64,000 nucleotides of DNA from an uncultured Gemmatimonadaceae bacterium (GTDB lineage: Bacteria; Gemmatimonadota; Gemmatimonadetes; Gemmatimonadales; Gemmatimonadaceae). Under the pieces are notes generated by a model. It worked only from the letters and a program-made list of their open reading frames with translations. It did not search any database and was not told the origin of the DNA. Positions within the stretch are counted from its first letter, which is position 1, and each line of letters opens with the position of its first letter. The position numbers were made by a program, and so were the translations under genes. Shown one piece after another: positions 50,416-60,892 of this stretch. Location: NCBI GenBank assembly GCA_963781585.1, contig CAWAGQ010000004.1, positions 768,001-832,000 on the forward strand. The letters are read 5' to 3'.

Positions 50416-51737
50416 GATGATGCTCCCGGCCCCGGCCCCGCCGGCGTGTCGGTTTCGACCCGCTCCGCGCGCGCCGCCACGCGGCCGTCGCGGAGCATCA
50501 CCCCGAAGCGATCGCCGGCGGCCAGCGCGTGCGCCGACGTTACCGTGGCTCCGGTCTCGGAGCTGATTACGGCGAACCCCCGTGCCAGCGTCGCCAGGGG
50601 ACTCAGTACGTGAAGCCGACCGGTGGTGGCCTCGAGTGACGTGCGGCGCCGCTCCACGAAGCGCTCGGCCCCCGACGCGAGCGCCGTCGTCACCGACGAC
50701 AGCGCTCGCGTCGCGTGCGTGATCACCTCGGTTCCGGCCGCCGACAAGGCGCGCCCCGCCGCCGAGACGCGCACCCGCACGTCCTCGAGTTCCGGCACCG
50801 CGGTCTCGGCCGCCGCCGACGGGGTCGGGGCGCGGACATCGGCCACGAGATCGCACAGCGTAATGTCGATCTCGTGACCGATGGCCGCGATGGTAGGCAC
50901 CGGACACGCGGCCAGGGCGCGCGCCACGCGCTCATCGTTGAACGCCCAGAGATCCTCGCGGCCGCCCCCGCCGCGCCCGACGATCACCACGTCACCTCCG
51001 CCCCAGCGCGCGATCTTCTTCAGCGCCGCGAGCAGTGACCTCGGCGCCGATTCTCCCTGCACCGTTGCCGGAACAGCAACGATCTCCACCAGCCGATAGC
51101 GTCGTCGAACCACGGCAATGATGTCCTGCAGCGCGGCGCCGTCGATGCTGGTGACCACGGCGATGCGCTGGGGAAACGCCGGAAGCTTTCGTTTGCGCTC
51201 GGGACGCAACAGGCCGTCGGCTGCGAGACGGGCACGCGTCTCCTCGAATGCCTTGCGCTGGAGTCCGTCGCCCACCCCCTGGAGCGCGACCACGCGGAGC
51301 TGCACGTCGGACTTCGCCACGTAGACCGTGAGCTGTCCGCGGACCAGCACCGCCATGCCCTCGTCCGGCGCAGTCAGCAACCTCCGCACATCGGTGGCCC
51401 ACACCACGCACCGGACCTGCGCCGCGTCATCCTTCAGCGTGAAATACCAGTGGCCGCTGCGGTGACGCTTGAACCCGATGACTTCACCGCGCACCCACAC
51501 CGGTGGGAACGAGCCCTCGATGACGTCCCGGGTGGCTGCGGCCAGCGTACCCACCGAGATGGCGGTGGCCGGCCGTTCGCCGGGCGCGGGAATCATGACG
51601 GGGGCCGTGTCGGACGGGGCGCCGCGCCGCGGGTCCTCCATCTGATCCGGGAAGAGCGACGGCGCGGCTGAGCCCGCGCGCTCCTCGCGCGCGGGTGAGG
51701 CCGCGCGCTCCTCGCGCGCGGGCCGGCGCGAGGTCAC
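50412..51737 (-). CDS. xseA: Exodeoxyribonuclease VII large subunit
   Basis: [29 protein letters not shown] and APTPSAAA. Confidence 0.95.
   Translation of the reverse strand: MTSRRPAREERAASPAREERAGSAAPSLFPDQMEDPRRGAPSDTAPVMIPAPGERPATAISVGTLAAATRDVIEGSFPPVWVRGEVIGFKRHRSGHWYFTLKDDAAQVRCVVWATDVRRLLTAPDEGMAVLVRGQLTVYVAKSDVQLRVVALQGVGDGLQRKAFEETRARLAADGLLRPERKRKLPAFPQRIAVVTSIDGAALQDIIAVVRRRYRLVEIVAVPATVQGESAPRSLLAALKKIARWGGGDVVIVGRGGGGREDLWAFNDERVARALAACPVPTIAAIGHEIDITLCDLVADVRAPTPSAAAETAVPELEDVRVRVSAAGRALSAAGTEVITHATRALSSVTTALASGAERFVERRRTSLEATTGRLHVLSPLATLARGFAVISSETGATVTSAHALAAGDRFGVMLRDGRVAARAERVETDTPAGPGPGASS
51674..51722. repeat. 22-bp direct repeat (27-bp period) in the xseA N-terminal extension
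   Basis: CCGCGCGCTCCTCGCGCGCGGG at 51674 and 51701; encodes PAREERA twice. Confidence 0.85.
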
Positions 51738-52630
51738 GCACCCGCCTGGCGCGCGGCCCGCACCGTGTTCTTCAGCAGCATGGCGATCGTCATCGGGCCT
51801 ACCCCGCCCGGGACCGGTGTCAGCAGCGATGCGACGCGGCGCGCGCTCTCGAAGTGCACGTCGCCCACGAGCCGATAGCCCTTCGGCGCCGCGGCATCAG
51901 TGACCCGGTTGATGCCCACGTCGATGACGACCGCACCGGGGGAGATCATGTCGCCGGTGATGGCCTCCGGCTTCCCGATCGCCGCGATGAGGATGTCGGC
52001 GCGGGACGTGTGGAATTGGAGGTCGCGGGTGCGGCTGTGGCAGACGGTCACCGTGCAATTTCCTCCCTTGCCACTCTGGATCAGCAGCGCGGCCATGGGC
52101 TTCCCCACGATGTTGCTGCGTCCAACGATCACGGCCTCCTTACCCGAGGTGTCCACGCCATAGCGCAACAGCAGTTCCTGCACTCCGGCGGGCGTACAGG
52201 GGGCGAACCCGTCCTTCTCGCCGATCAGCAGCTTGCCGACGTTCACCGGGTGGAAGCCATCCACGTCCTTGTGGGGCGCGATGCGCCTGACGACGGTATT
52301 CGCGTCCATGTGTCGCGGCAGCGGAGCCTGCACCAGAATGCCGTGTACGCTGGCGTCGGCGTTCAGCCGGTCCACCAGCGCCTCCAGCTCGTCCTGCGGC
52401 ACGGTCGCGGGCAGCCGGATCGTCTCGCCCTTCATGCCGGCTTCGATGCTCGCCTTCTCCTTTGACCGCACGTAGCTCTGGCTGGCCGGATCCTCTCCGA
52501 CGATCACCACCGTCAGGCCGGGCGTGATGCCGTGCGCCTTCAGCTCGGCGGTTTCGCGCGCGACGTCGGCGCGGACTGCCCGCGCCACGGCCACGCCGTC
52601 GATCAGCCGGGCGCCATCCGACGGCGCCAT
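51734..52630 (-). CDS. folD: Bifunctional methylene-THF dehydrogenase/cyclohydrolase
   Basis: [23 protein letters not shown] and [11 protein letters not shown]. Confidence 0.97.
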   Translation of the reverse strand: MAPSDGARLIDGVAVARAVRADVARETAELKAHGITPGLTVVIVGEDPASQSYVRSKEKASIEAGMKGETIRLPATVPQDELEALVDRLNADASVHGILVQAPLPRHMDANTVVRRIAPHKDVDGFHPVNVGKLLIGEKDGFAPCTPAGVQELLLRYGVDTSGKEAVIVGRSNIVGKPMAALLIQSGKGGNCTVTVCHSRTRDLQFHTSRADILIAAIGKPEAITGDMISPGAVVIDVGINRVTDAAAPKGYRLVGDVHFESARRVASLLTPVPGGVGPMTIAMLLKNTVRAARQAGA

Positions 52631-52634
52631 CGTG

Positions 52635-54227
52635 TCAGCGCGCAAATTCCACCGCCCTCGTCTCGCGGATGACGACGATCTTGATCTGACCTGGGTATTG
52701 CAGCTCGCCCTCGATGCGGCGCGCGATCTCGTCGGATAGTGACGTCATCCGGGCGTCATCGACGACCTCGGGGGTCACGATCACCCGCACTTCGCGCCCT
52801 GCCTGGATCGCGTAGACCTTCTCGACTCCGCGATACGCCGACGCGATCCGCTCGATTCCCTCCAGACGCTTCACGTAGGTCTCGAACGCTTCGCGGCGCG
52901 CTCCGGGGCGCGAACCCGAGATCGCGTCCGCCGCCTGCACCAGAACCGACAGCTCGCTCTCGTGCGGGACGTCGCCGTGATGCGCCGCTATGCAGTTCAC
53001 CACCAGCGGGTGCTCGCCATACCTGGTGGCGACTTCCACCCCGAGCTGCACGTGGGTGCCCTCGTGCTCGTGGGTGAGCACCTTGCCGATGTCGTGCAGC
53101 AGCGCGCCGCGCTTGGCCATCGGCACGTCGAGCCCCAGTTCGGCCGCCATGATGCCGGTGAGCCAGGCGACTTCCTTGGAGTGGTCGAGGATGTTCTGCC
53201 CGTAGCTCGTGCGCCACTTCATGCGGCCCACGAGTTTGGTCAGTTCCGCGTGCAGTCCGTGGATGCCGGTCTCGTAGGCCGCCTGCTCGCCGAGCTCCAC
53301 GATCTGCTGGTCCACTTCCTTGCGCGCCTTGGCGACGACCTCCTCGATGCGTCCCGGGTGAATCCGGCCGTCGGTGACGAGCTTCTCCAGCGCCAGACGC
53401 GCCACCTCGCGGCGCACCGGATCGAATGTCGAGACGACCACCGTGTCGGGAGTGTCGTCGATGATGACGTCGACTCCGGTGGCCAGCTCGAATGCCCGGA
53501 TGTTCCGCCCTTCCCGGCCGATGATCCGTCCCTTCATCTCGTCGTTAGGCAGGGACACCGCCGAGACCGTGATCTCGGCCGTGTGCTCGGCGGCCACGCG
53601 CTGCACGGCGAGCGACACGATCTTTCTGGCCTCCCGTTCGGCGTCTCGCTTGGCGCTCTCCCGGATCTCGCGAAGGCGATTGGCCGCGTCCGCCTCCGCT
53701 TCCTTTTCCAGCCGCTGCATCAGCTCCTGCTTGGCCTGTTCCGCCGAGAGCCCCGCCAGCGCCTCCAGCCGCCGGCGTTCATCGGCGATCATGTGGTCGA
53801 GCTCCTGTTCCCGCTCGGCGACCGACTTTTCACGCCGACCGAGATCGCTGGCGCGCTTGCCCAGTTCGCGTTCCCGTTGATCGAGGAGGTCGAACTTCTT
53901 GTCGAGCTGGCCTTCGCGCTCATCGGCGCGGCGCTCCTCGCGCTCGACTTCATCGCGGCGGTGGCGGGCCTCCACCTCCCACGCCTCCCGGAGCTTGATC
54001 AGCTCTTCCTTCCCGGCAATGACGGCGCTCTTGCGCAGTCCTTCAGCCTCGCGCTCGGCATCTCCGACAATGCGGCGGGAGGTCTCTTCGGCGGTGGACT
54101 TGGTGGCGGCCTGGCGCGCGATCTCGGCAGTTCGACCGGCGCGGCGGCCCAGAACAAAGAAAGCCGCGGAGGCGCCGACCGCGAGCGCGCCGAGAACCGC
54201 GGCTACGAGAGTAGCGTTGAGACCCAT
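52635..54227 (-). CDS. rny: Ribonuclease Y
   Basis: N-terminal TM, coiled coil, KH domain ([14 protein letters not shown]), HD domain (LLHDIGK) and [12 protein letters not shown]. Confidence 0.97.
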   Translation of the reverse strand: MGLNATLVAAVLGALAVGASAAFFVLGRRAGRTAEIARQAATKSTAEETSRRIVGDAEREAEGLRKSAVIAGKEELIKLREAWEVEARHRRDEVEREERRADEREGQLDKKFDLLDQRERELGKRASDLGRREKSVAEREQELDHMIADERRRLEALAGLSAEQAKQELMQRLEKEAEADAANRLREIRESAKRDAEREARKIVSLAVQRVAAEHTAEITVSAVSLPNDEMKGRIIGREGRNIRAFELATGVDVIIDDTPDTVVVSTFDPVRREVARLALEKLVTDGRIHPGRIEEVVAKARKEVDQQIVELGEQAAYETGIHGLHAELTKLVGRMKWRTSYGQNILDHSKEVAWLTGIMAAELGLDVPMAKRGALLHDIGKVLTHEHEGTHVQLGVEVATRYGEHPLVVNCIAAHHGDVPHESELSVLVQAADAISGSRPGARREAFETYVKRLEGIERIASAYRGVEKVYAIQAGREVRVIVTPEVVDDARMTSLSDEIARRIEGELQYPGQIKIVVIRETRAVEFAR

Positions 54228-54261
54228 CTATGCTCCAACGCGGCCGGAGGCCGCCAAGCCG

Positions 54262-54388
54262 AGGGGATGCCACGGCGGCGAACGGGTCCTCAGTCGCCAG
54301 CAACGCGTCGGGCCGGCACCGACGAAGGGCGCGAGCCGGGCTGCGCTAACTCAAGCGATCGCTTGGACCTACGCCGCTGCGCAGGATT
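54262..54388 (-). ncRNA. ssrS: 6S RNA-like structured RNA
   Basis: Position between zapA and rny; own promoter TTGCCT-17-TACCTT (54393-54421); 5' GCGGCG..GGTCC pairs with 3' GGACC..CGCCGC. Confidence 0.55.
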
Positions 54389-54421
54389 CGTGAAGGTACG
54401 TCAGCGCGGCAAAAAAGGCAA

Positions 54422-54739
54422 TCAGCCGGAGCTCGGCTCCACAGGCTCCCCGCGCTTCGCCGGCGGCAGCCAGTGTCGTACCTCGGCACCGAGGTCACGA
54501 ATGGAGTCGCCGATCTGCTGCACGGCGGCGCGTTCCCGGAACAGCTCATCGGTGATCTGCAGGGCGGCGAGAATGGCGGCCTTTCCGGGCTCGATACGCG
54601 CCTGTGCATCGAGGACGCCGCGGATATTCTGGTCCAGATATTCGGCGACCGCCCGCGTGTGTTCGGGCGAGACATCGCTCCGAATCGTGTATTCGTCGCC
54701 GACGATGGTGACTTTCACCACGTGTCGCTTCTCGCTCAT
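54422..54739 (-). CDS. zapA: Cell division protein ZapA
   Basis: VKVTIVGDEYTIRS, VAEYLD and AILAALQITDELF; pheT-zapA-rny synteny. Confidence 0.9.
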   Translation of the reverse strand: MSEKRHVVKVTIVGDEYTIRSDVSPEHTRAVAEYLDQNIRGVLDAQARIEPGKAAILAALQITDELFRERAAVQQIGDSIRDLGAEVRHWLPPAKRGEPVEPSSG

Positions 54740-55050
54740 CGTTCGCTCCCGGCGCCGGTGGGGACCTGCGCGGCCTGCTGCCGGAGGAAGCGCACCTGTT
54801 CCAGCGCCGCCCTGGCCCGTTGCGTGGCGAAGGTCAGGCGGGCGCGGAGGTCCACGTTTTCGCGCTCAAGCAGGGCGGCGCGCTGTTCGGCGAACAGGTC
54901 GCCCGACTTGGCGGCGGCGTCGTACGTTCGCAGGCGGGCCTCCGCCTGCAACGCGCGGCGACGGAACATCGCGAGCTCCTCGCCCAGGTGCCTGACGAGT
55001 TGCTCGAGCTGTCGCAGCGCCTGGACTTCAGGCCGTTCGGGGTCGGACAC
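54736..55050 (-). CDS. Small coiled-coil protein in the ZapB-like position
   Basis: 104-aa heptad-rich ORF overlapping both pheT and zapA. Confidence 0.75.
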   Translation of the reverse strand: MSDPERPEVQALRQLEQLVRHLGEELAMFRRRALQAEARLRTYDAAAKSGDLFAEQRAALLERENVDLRARLTFATQRARAALEQVRFLRQQAAQVPTGAGSER

Positions 55051-57472
55051 CCAGTTCGCTCTCGAGATTCCTGAGGATTTTCTGCCGCCGCCCTTCGATT
55101 TCCTTCTCGCGTAGAGTGCGTGCCGGATCGCGGAACGTCAACGTCCAGGCCAGGCTGCGATAGCCGGCCGGCAGTTCGTCGCCGCGGTATTCGTCGAACA
55201 GCATCAGGCGCTCCAGCAGGTCGCCGGCCGCGGCCCGGACCACCCGCTCCACATCCGCGGCGCGGATGCCGGCCGGCAGCAGCAGGGCCAGATCGATCTC
55301 GGCCGGGGGCGTGGTGGGAAGCGGCCGGAATGGTGCGGAGCGGCCGCGCGGGATGCGTTCCGGCCCCGGGCGGTGGGCGTGCGCGCCGGGGCCGGCGACG
55401 AACGCGTTAGGCATCACTCCGAGCGTGACCTCCACGCCGAACGCCGGAGACGCCCACGGCGGACTGTCCAGCACCATCCGCTGCACGCGTCCCAGGGGCC
55501 GCCCATCGGGCCGGCCGGCGATCGTCCACAGGGCGTCGTCGGCGCTCTCGACCAGCTCCGCGCCGCCGGGATGGGCGAGCGCCGCCAGGCGCTCACCCAG
55601 CGCCTTCGCGTCCCACACGTCGAAGGCCGGTGGTGCGGGCTCGGTGAAGTGCGCGGGCCGACGGCTTCCCATGATCAGCGCGCCCACCCGGACCTCCTCG
55701 TGCGGCAGCGCTCCGGCGCCGGGGCGGAACGTCGACCCGATCTCGAAGATGCGCACATTCCCCTGCCTGCGGCTGAGATTGTACTCCGCCCGTCGCGCGA
55801 GGGTCTCGAGCAGCGAGACGCGCAGGTGCGGCTCGTCGTCGGCCAGCGGATTCCGCACCCGCACGTGGGTCCCGTCGCTCCCGCGCACGAATGGCATCGG
55901 GCGCACTTCCACCAGTCCGTCACCGACCAGCGCGTCGCGGATGCGCCGGCCCAGCAGATACAGCGGATGGTCGGGCACGGTGCCGGGGCGGAACGGCTGG
56001 ACCACATCGGACAGCCGGTCGTATCCGCGCAGGCGGGCGACCTCTTCCAGCAGGTCCGCGTCACGAGTGACGTCGTTGCGCCAGCTGGGCGCGTATACTA
56101 CCAGCCGCTCATCGTCCTCGAGCGAGACCTCGAATCCAACCGAGCGCAGGAGCCGCGCCACCTCGTCTCCGCTCACCTGGTCGCCCAGCAACCGCGACAC
56201 GCGGCTGGGCCGCACCACCACCGCCGGCGGGGCGGCCGGCACCGCACCCACGTCGATCGGGGCGCCGTCCACCCGCCCGCCCGCCACCGCCTCCAGCAGT
56301 CGCGCCGCGCTCGCCAGCGCGCCGGGCGGCAGTTCGGGATCGACGCCCCGTTCGAATCGATAGCTCGCATCGGTGGAGATGCCTAACGCCCGCCGCGCGG
56401 CCCGAACGGCGGGCGGCGAGAAACAGGCCACCTCCAGGAACAGGTCGGTGGTCTGCGCGGTCACTTCGCTGTCATGGCCGCCGATGACCCCGGCCACGGC
56501 GATCGCGCGCGCCGCATCCGCTATCACAGTCGTGCGATCGTCGAGCGTGCGCTCCACCCCGTCGAGTGTCACCAGCCGCTCGCCCTGCTGCGCTTTGCGC
56601 ACGATCACCCGCGCCCCCTCGAGCCGACCCAGGTCGAAGGCGTGCATCGGCTGTCCGTATCCGTGCACGAAATAATTGGTCACGTCGACCACGTTGTTGA
56701 TCGACCGCAGACCCACCGATTCGAGGCGCCGCACCAGCCACCCGGGGCTCGGGCCCACCGCGACCCCGCGCAGCACCAGACCCATGTAGCGCGGACATCC
56801 GGCGCGATCGTCCACGCGCACCGTGACGCCGCCGCTCATGCTCTCGCGCTCGTGCAGCACCGGGGCGGGAAGAAGCAACGGCGCCGTGTCTTCCAGCTCG
56901 GGCGGGTCCCGCCGCGGAATCAGCGTCAGCGCCGACAGCTCGCGCGCCATCCCCAGGTGCGAGAGCAGATCGGGGCGATTGGGGAGCACGTCGACATCGA
57001 AGCGCACGTCGCCAACCGCGATCGCCTCCAGGAGCGGCGTACCCGGCGGCACGTCCACCGCCAGCGACATGATCCCGGCGTGGTCCTCTCCCAGCAGCAG
57101 TTCCCGCGCCGAGCACAGCATCCCGTTCGAAACCACGCCGCGGATCTTCCGCTTCTCGATCTTCACGCCGCCGGGAAGCGCGTCGCCCACCCGGGCGAAC
57201 GGATACAGCGCCCCGGCGGTCACGTTCGGCGCCCCGCACACGACTTCGAGCAGGGTCCCGCTTCCGTCATCCACCCGCGTCAGCCAGAGGTGGTCCGACT
57301 GAGGGTGCCGCGCGGCTTCGACCACGCGCGCCACCACCACCGCCGCCAGGTCCTGCCGCAGCCGGTCCATGCGATCCACCGTGGCGACGTGCGCCGAGAG
57401 GAGGTCGCGGACCGCCTCGGGAGAGAGGTCGTGGGGAACGAACGCGCGCAGCCACTCGTGTGAAACGAGCAT
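55028..57472 (-). CDS. pheT: Phenylalanyl-tRNA synthetase beta subunit
   Basis: VVCGAPN, SNGMLCS, PNRPDLLSH, TDASYRFERG, DLLEEVAR and a C-terminal FDX-ACB domain. Confidence 0.97.
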   Translation of the reverse strand: MLVSHEWLRAFVPHDLSPEAVRDLLSAHVATVDRMDRLRQDLAAVVVARVVEAARHPQSDHLWLTRVDDGSGTLLEVVCGAPNVTAGALYPFARVGDALPGGVKIEKRKIRGVVSNGMLCSARELLLGEDHAGIMSLAVDVPPGTPLLEAIAVGDVRFDVDVLPNRPDLLSHLGMARELSALTLIPRRDPPELEDTAPLLLPAPVLHERESMSGGVTVRVDDRAGCPRYMGLVLRGVAVGPSPGWLVRRLESVGLRSINNVVDVTNYFVHGYGQPMHAFDLGRLEGARVIVRKAQQGERLVTLDGVERTLDDRTTVIADAARAIAVAGVIGGHDSEVTAQTTDLFLEVACFSPPAVRAARRALGISTDASYRFERGVDPELPPGALASAARLLEAVAGGRVDGAPIDVGAVPAAPPAVVVRPSRVSRLLGDQVSGDEVARLLRSVGFEVSLEDDERLVVYAPSWRNDVTRDADLLEEVARLRGYDRLSDVVQPFRPGTVPDHPLYLLGRRIRDALVGDGLVEVRPMPFVRGSDGTHVRVRNPLADDEPHLRVSLLETLARRAEYNLSRRQGNVRIFEIGSTFRPGAGALPHEEVRVGALIMGSRRPAHFTEPAPPAFDVWDAKALGERLAALAHPGGAELVESADDALWTIAGRPDGRPLGRVQRMVLDSPPWASPAFGVEVTLGVMPNAFVAGPGAHAHRPGPERIPRGRSAPFRPLPTTPPAEIDLALLLPAGIRAADVERVVRAAAGDLLERLMLFDEYRGDELPAGYRSLAWTLTFRDPARTLREKEIEGRRQKILRNLESELGVRPRTA

Positions 57473-58500
57473 CAGCCGAATTGCGCGAGGAAGCGCAGGT
57501 CGGAGTCGTACAGCAGGCGGATGTCGGGAATCCCGTAGCGCGACATGGCGATCCGGCCGGGCCCCATGCCGAACGCCCACCCCGAATAGCGCTCGCTGTC
57601 GAGGCCCGCGTTTTCGAGCACCGCCGGGTGGACGAGTCCACACCCCAGGATCTCCATCCACCGCGGGCCGGCTCCGTCGCCAAGGTCCACCTCCACTTCC
57701 ATCTGGGCCGAAGGCTCGGTGAACGGGAAATACGACGGGCCGAATCGCGTCCGCGTCCCCGGCCCGTAGAACCGCCGGGCGAACAGCGTCAGCATCGCCT
57801 TCAGGTCGGCGAACGAGATCCCCTCGTCGATCGCCAGTCCCTCCAGCTGCGAGAACACCGGCGCGTGGGTGGCGTCGAAGAAGTCGCGCCGGTACACGTT
57901 GCCCGGAGCGAGGATCCGGATCGGCGGCGCGTACGTCTGCATGGTGCGCATCTGCACCGGCGATGTATGCGTGCGCAGCAGCGTGTCATCGCCGAGGTAG
58001 AGGGTGTCGTGCATGTCCATCGCCGGGTGATCGGCCGGGAAGTTGAGTCCGCCGAAGTTGTACCACTCGTGCTCGGCCTCCGGGCCTAACGCGACGGTGA
58101 AGCCGAGCTCCCGGAACATGTCGCAGATCTCGTCGATCACGATCGAGATCGGGTGCAGCGACCCGCGCCAGGTGGCGCGTCCCGGCATCGTGGGGTCGAT
58201 CTCGTCGCCCGAGGCGGCGCTCGCCAGCAGGCGTGACCGTGCTCCCTCATACGCCGCCTCGAGCGCGGTCCTCACCTGGTTGAAGCGCTGCCCGGCCTCG
58301 CGCCGGTCCGCGGGCGGCAGGCTTCCCAGCTTCGCGCCCAGGTGCGTCAGCGCCCCGCTCGCCCTGCCGAGCAGGGCGACCCGCGCCTCCTCGAGCGCGT
58401 CCAGCGACCCGGCCGCCGGGAAAAGCGCGGTCCCCCGCGACTCGATCTGCTCGAGCGCGTCGGCGAACGCGGGCAGGTTGTGGAGAGGAGCGTCGGTCAC
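57472..58500 (-). CDS. pheS: Phenylalanyl-tRNA synthetase alpha subunit
   Basis: HPAMDMHDT, LRTHTSPVQ, YFPFTEPS and GWAFGMG. Confidence 0.97.
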   Translation of the reverse strand: MTDAPLHNLPAFADALEQIESRGTALFPAAGSLDALEEARVALLGRASGALTHLGAKLGSLPPADRREAGQRFNQVRTALEAAYEGARSRLLASAASGDEIDPTMPGRATWRGSLHPISIVIDEICDMFRELGFTVALGPEAEHEWYNFGGLNFPADHPAMDMHDTLYLGDDTLLRTHTSPVQMRTMQTYAPPIRILAPGNVYRRDFFDATHAPVFSQLEGLAIDEGISFADLKAMLTLFARRFYGPGTRTRFGPSYFPFTEPSAQMEVEVDLGDGAGPRWMEILGCGLVHPAVLENAGLDSERYSGWAFGMGPGRIAMSRYGIPDIRLLYDSDLRFLAQFG

Positions 58501-58634
58501 GGCAGCGGATGACGGCAGGAGAGGCGACGGCGTGGTGGAAAAACGAGACGGCGGCGGTCACGACCGGAGGTCGCGCCGCCGCCGGCCTCGCCGAACGAAA
58601 ACGGGCGCGCGCAGGGTGATGTCGCCGGGCCCGC

Positions 58635-58991
58635 CTACTGCAGCGCGGCGCGCGCCTTGACCGTCAACTCCGTAAATGCGTCGGCGTCGCGCACCGCCAG
58701 GTCGGCCAGCATCTTCCGGTCGATATCGATTCCGGCCTTGCGTAACCCGTTCATGAAGACGCTGTAGCTCATGTCGTTCTGGTGCGCCGCGGCGTTGATG
58801 CGGGTGATCCAGAGACGGCGGAAGTCGCGCTTCTTGTTGCGCCGATCGCGGTACGCGTAGCGCCACCCGCGCTCGACGGTCTCCTTGGCGGGGCGCCAGA
58901 GCTTGCTCCGGGCGCCGAAGGCGCCGCGGGCGAGCTTCATCACCTGCTTCTTGCGCTTGAGGCGTACGACGTTCGACTTGACGCGTGGCAT
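58635..58991 (-). CDS. rplT: 50S ribosomal protein L20
   Basis: [24 protein letters not shown]. Confidence 0.98.
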   Translation of the reverse strand: MPRVKSNVVRLKRKKQVMKLARGAFGARSKLWRPAKETVERGWRYAYRDRRNKKRDFRRLWITRINAAAHQNDMSYSVFMNGLRKAGIDIDRKMLADLAVRDADAFTELTVKARAALQ

Positions 58992-59001
58992 GGTTCGGTC
59001 C

Positions 59002-59199
59002 TCAGCCCTGAAGAAGCCGCTTGATCATGCGAATCTCGCCGTTCGTGGCGACGATCGTCGACCGGCGCAGGTGCCGCTTCCGCTTGGCGTCCTTCTTGGT
59101 GAGGATGTGGCTCTTGTTCGCCTTGAGCCTCCGGAGCTTCCCGGTCCCGGTCACGGTGAAGCGCTTCCTCGCCCCTCTGTGCGATTTCATTTTCGGCAT
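59002..59199 (-). CDS. rpmI: 50S ribosomal protein L35
   Basis: [14 protein letters not shown]...HILTKK. Confidence 0.97.
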   Translation of the reverse strand: MPKMKSHRGARKRFTVTGTGKLRRLKANKSHILTKKDAKRKRHLRRSTIVATNGEIRMIKRLLQG

Positions 59200-59210
59200 C
59201 GTCGGTCCGC

Positions 59211-59726
59211 CTATTTCGGCGACAGTATCATCGTCAGTTGTTTGCCTTCCATTTTCGCGGCGCTCTCGATCTTGGCCACGTCCGCGAGCTCCGAGGCGAC
59301 CCGCTCCACCACCGCGTGTCCGAGCTCGGGATGCGCGATCTGCCGGCCGCGGAACATCAGGGTCACCTTCACCTTGTTCTTCTCCTCCAGGAATCGTCGC
59401 GCGTGCCGCGTCTTCGTCACGAAGTCGTGGTCCTCGATTCCCGGTCGATACTTCACCTCCTTCAGGTGAATCACGTGCTGCTTCTTCTTCGCGAGGCGGG
59501 CCTGCTTCGCCTGCTCGAACTTGAACTTGCCGAAGTCCATGATGCGGACCACAGGCGGTCTTGCGGTTGGTGCGACCTCCACCAGATCCAGGCCGTGCTC
59601 GACAGCGAGCGCGAGAGCCCGATCGACTTCCATGATTCCGAGTTGTCCCCCGTCGTGGCCGATGACCCGAACGGGACTGATGCGGATTTGTCGATTGACC
59701 CGAATCCGCTTGGTGGCGTCCTGAAT
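59211..59726 (-). CDS. infC: Translation initiation factor IF-3 with an ATT start
   Basis: [29 protein letters not shown] and [14 protein letters not shown] lies about 9 nt before the in-frame ATT at 59726. Confidence 0.95.
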   Translation of the reverse strand: MQDATKRIRVNRQIRISPVRVIGHDGGQLGIMEVDRALALAVEHGLDLVEVAPTARPPVVRIMDFGKFKFEQAKQARLAKKKQHVIHLKEVKYRPGIEDHDFVTKTRHARRFLEEKNKVKVTLMFRGRQIAHPELGHAVVERVASELADVAKIESAAKMEGKQLTMILSPK

Positions 59727-59781
59727 AGCTGTCGCTCCTGAGAAAGGGGATATCGCCGGTCCACCAGACCCGTGATGCGCC

Positions 59782-59936
59782 AAATAGAAACGCGGGCTTC
59801 ACCCGGAGCCCGCGATGCACGTCACGCCGCCGTCGACACCCGGCGCGCAACTTCGCGTGAACTCCTACAGCACCGATCGCCGCACGGCGAGGGGCCGGAG
59901 GGTGAGAGCGAATTCGCTCTGCTTGACCTGATTGAG
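59782..59936 (-). promoter_or_regulatory. L20-leader-like 5' UTR with an intrinsic terminator
   Basis: AAGCAGAGCGAATTCGCTCTCACC hairpin near the 5' end; CGCGGGCT..AGCCCGCG followed by TTTCTATTT at 59782-59814. Confidence 0.6.
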
Positions 59937-59942
59937 GGTAAG

Positions 59943-59971
59943 AAGCTAAGAGGCTTGAAGTTAGAACACAA
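59943..59971 (-). promoter_or_regulatory. sigma70-type promoter for infC-rpmI-rplT
   Basis: TTGTGT-17 bp-TAGCTT on the minus strand. Confidence 0.55.
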
Positions 59972-60013
59972 GCGCCCGGCGCCAGCTGGTGGCGCCTCGA
60001 GACGCCACCCTGG

Positions 60014-60892
60014 CTATTCCGGCCGCCATCCATAGCCCTTGCTGTCCCGCACCACCCGCGCCCATGCCACCTCGGCATCGTGTTCGAAGATGATGAGCCA
60101 CTCCTCGTCCGCCGCGCGCTGCAACACCGACCGTTTCGTCTCGAGCGTGACCAGCGGCTGTACGTCATATCCCATGATCCACGGGAGCGGAATGTGGGCC
60201 GTGGTGGGAATCAGATCGGCGGCGAACAGCGCCCGCTCTCCCTCGGACTCGATGAGAACACTCTGGTGGTGCGGCGTGTGGCCGGGCGTGGGCAGCAGAC
60301 GAAGTCCCGGCAGGATTTCGGTCTCACCATCGACGAGGTCGAACAGCCCTGCTCTGGCGATCGGCTCGATGTTGCGCGGAAAATAGCTGGGCGCGGTACG
60401 CTCGTTCGTGTGGGTGGCAAACTCGTACTCGCCCTTCTGCACCACGTAACGAGCGCGCGAAAACGTCGGACGTACCACGCCATCGCCCTCGACCCGGGTG
60501 TTGCCCCCGGCGTGGTCGAAGTGGAGGTGGGTGTCGATCATGAGCGCGACGTCGTCGGTGGTGTATCCGAGCGCGCCGAGGGCATCTTCGAGTTGCGTGC
60601 GTCCATCTGCGCCTGCGTTCCGCACGTCATAGATGTCGTGAAACTTCTCGTTCTCCTTGTTCCCCGCGCCGTTGTCCACCAGCACCAGGCCGGCATCGTG
60701 TTCGATCAGCAGGCATCGCATTCCGAGCTGGATGCGGTTCCGCTCGTCGGGCGAGATGCGCCGCTCCCAGAGCGGCTTCGGCACCACTCCGAACATCGCG
60801 CCACCGTCCAGCCGCAGCGCGCCGGCGTGGAGCGCGTGGACCCGGATGCGGCCTATTCGCCGTTCGGCAACGTTCGGCGCGGGAACCGTCAT
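60014..60892 (-). CDS. MBL-fold metallohydrolase (YtnP/AHL-lactonase-like)
   Basis: [44 protein letters not shown] and FEHD. Confidence 0.92.
   Translation of the reverse strand: MTVPAPNVAERRIGRIRVHALHAGALRLDGGAMFGVVPKPLWERRISPDERNRIQLGMRCLLIEHDAGLVLVDNGAGNKENEKFHDIYDVRNAGADGRTQLEDALGALGYTTDDVALMIDTHLHFDHAGGNTRVEGDGVVRPTFSRARYVVQKGEYEFATHTNERTAPSYFPRNIEPIARAGLFDLVDGETEILPGLRLLPTPGHTPHHQSVLIESEGERALFAADLIPTTAHIPLPWIMGYDVQPLVTLETKRSVLQRAADEEWLIIFEHDAEVAWARVVRDSKGYGWRPE

Noticed and set aside
47469..50417. Very long antisense ORFs (982 aa here; also 18315-20186, 52962-54995, 14567-16135 and others)
   Set aside because: These are shadow ORFs opposite well-supported genes. They are expected at this GC content and show no recognisable motifs.
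58501..58634. T-box or PheM-type attenuator before pheS
   Set aside because: GC hairpins with short T-runs are present, but there is no T-box consensus or clear Phe-rich leader peptide. More likely an rplT terminator.
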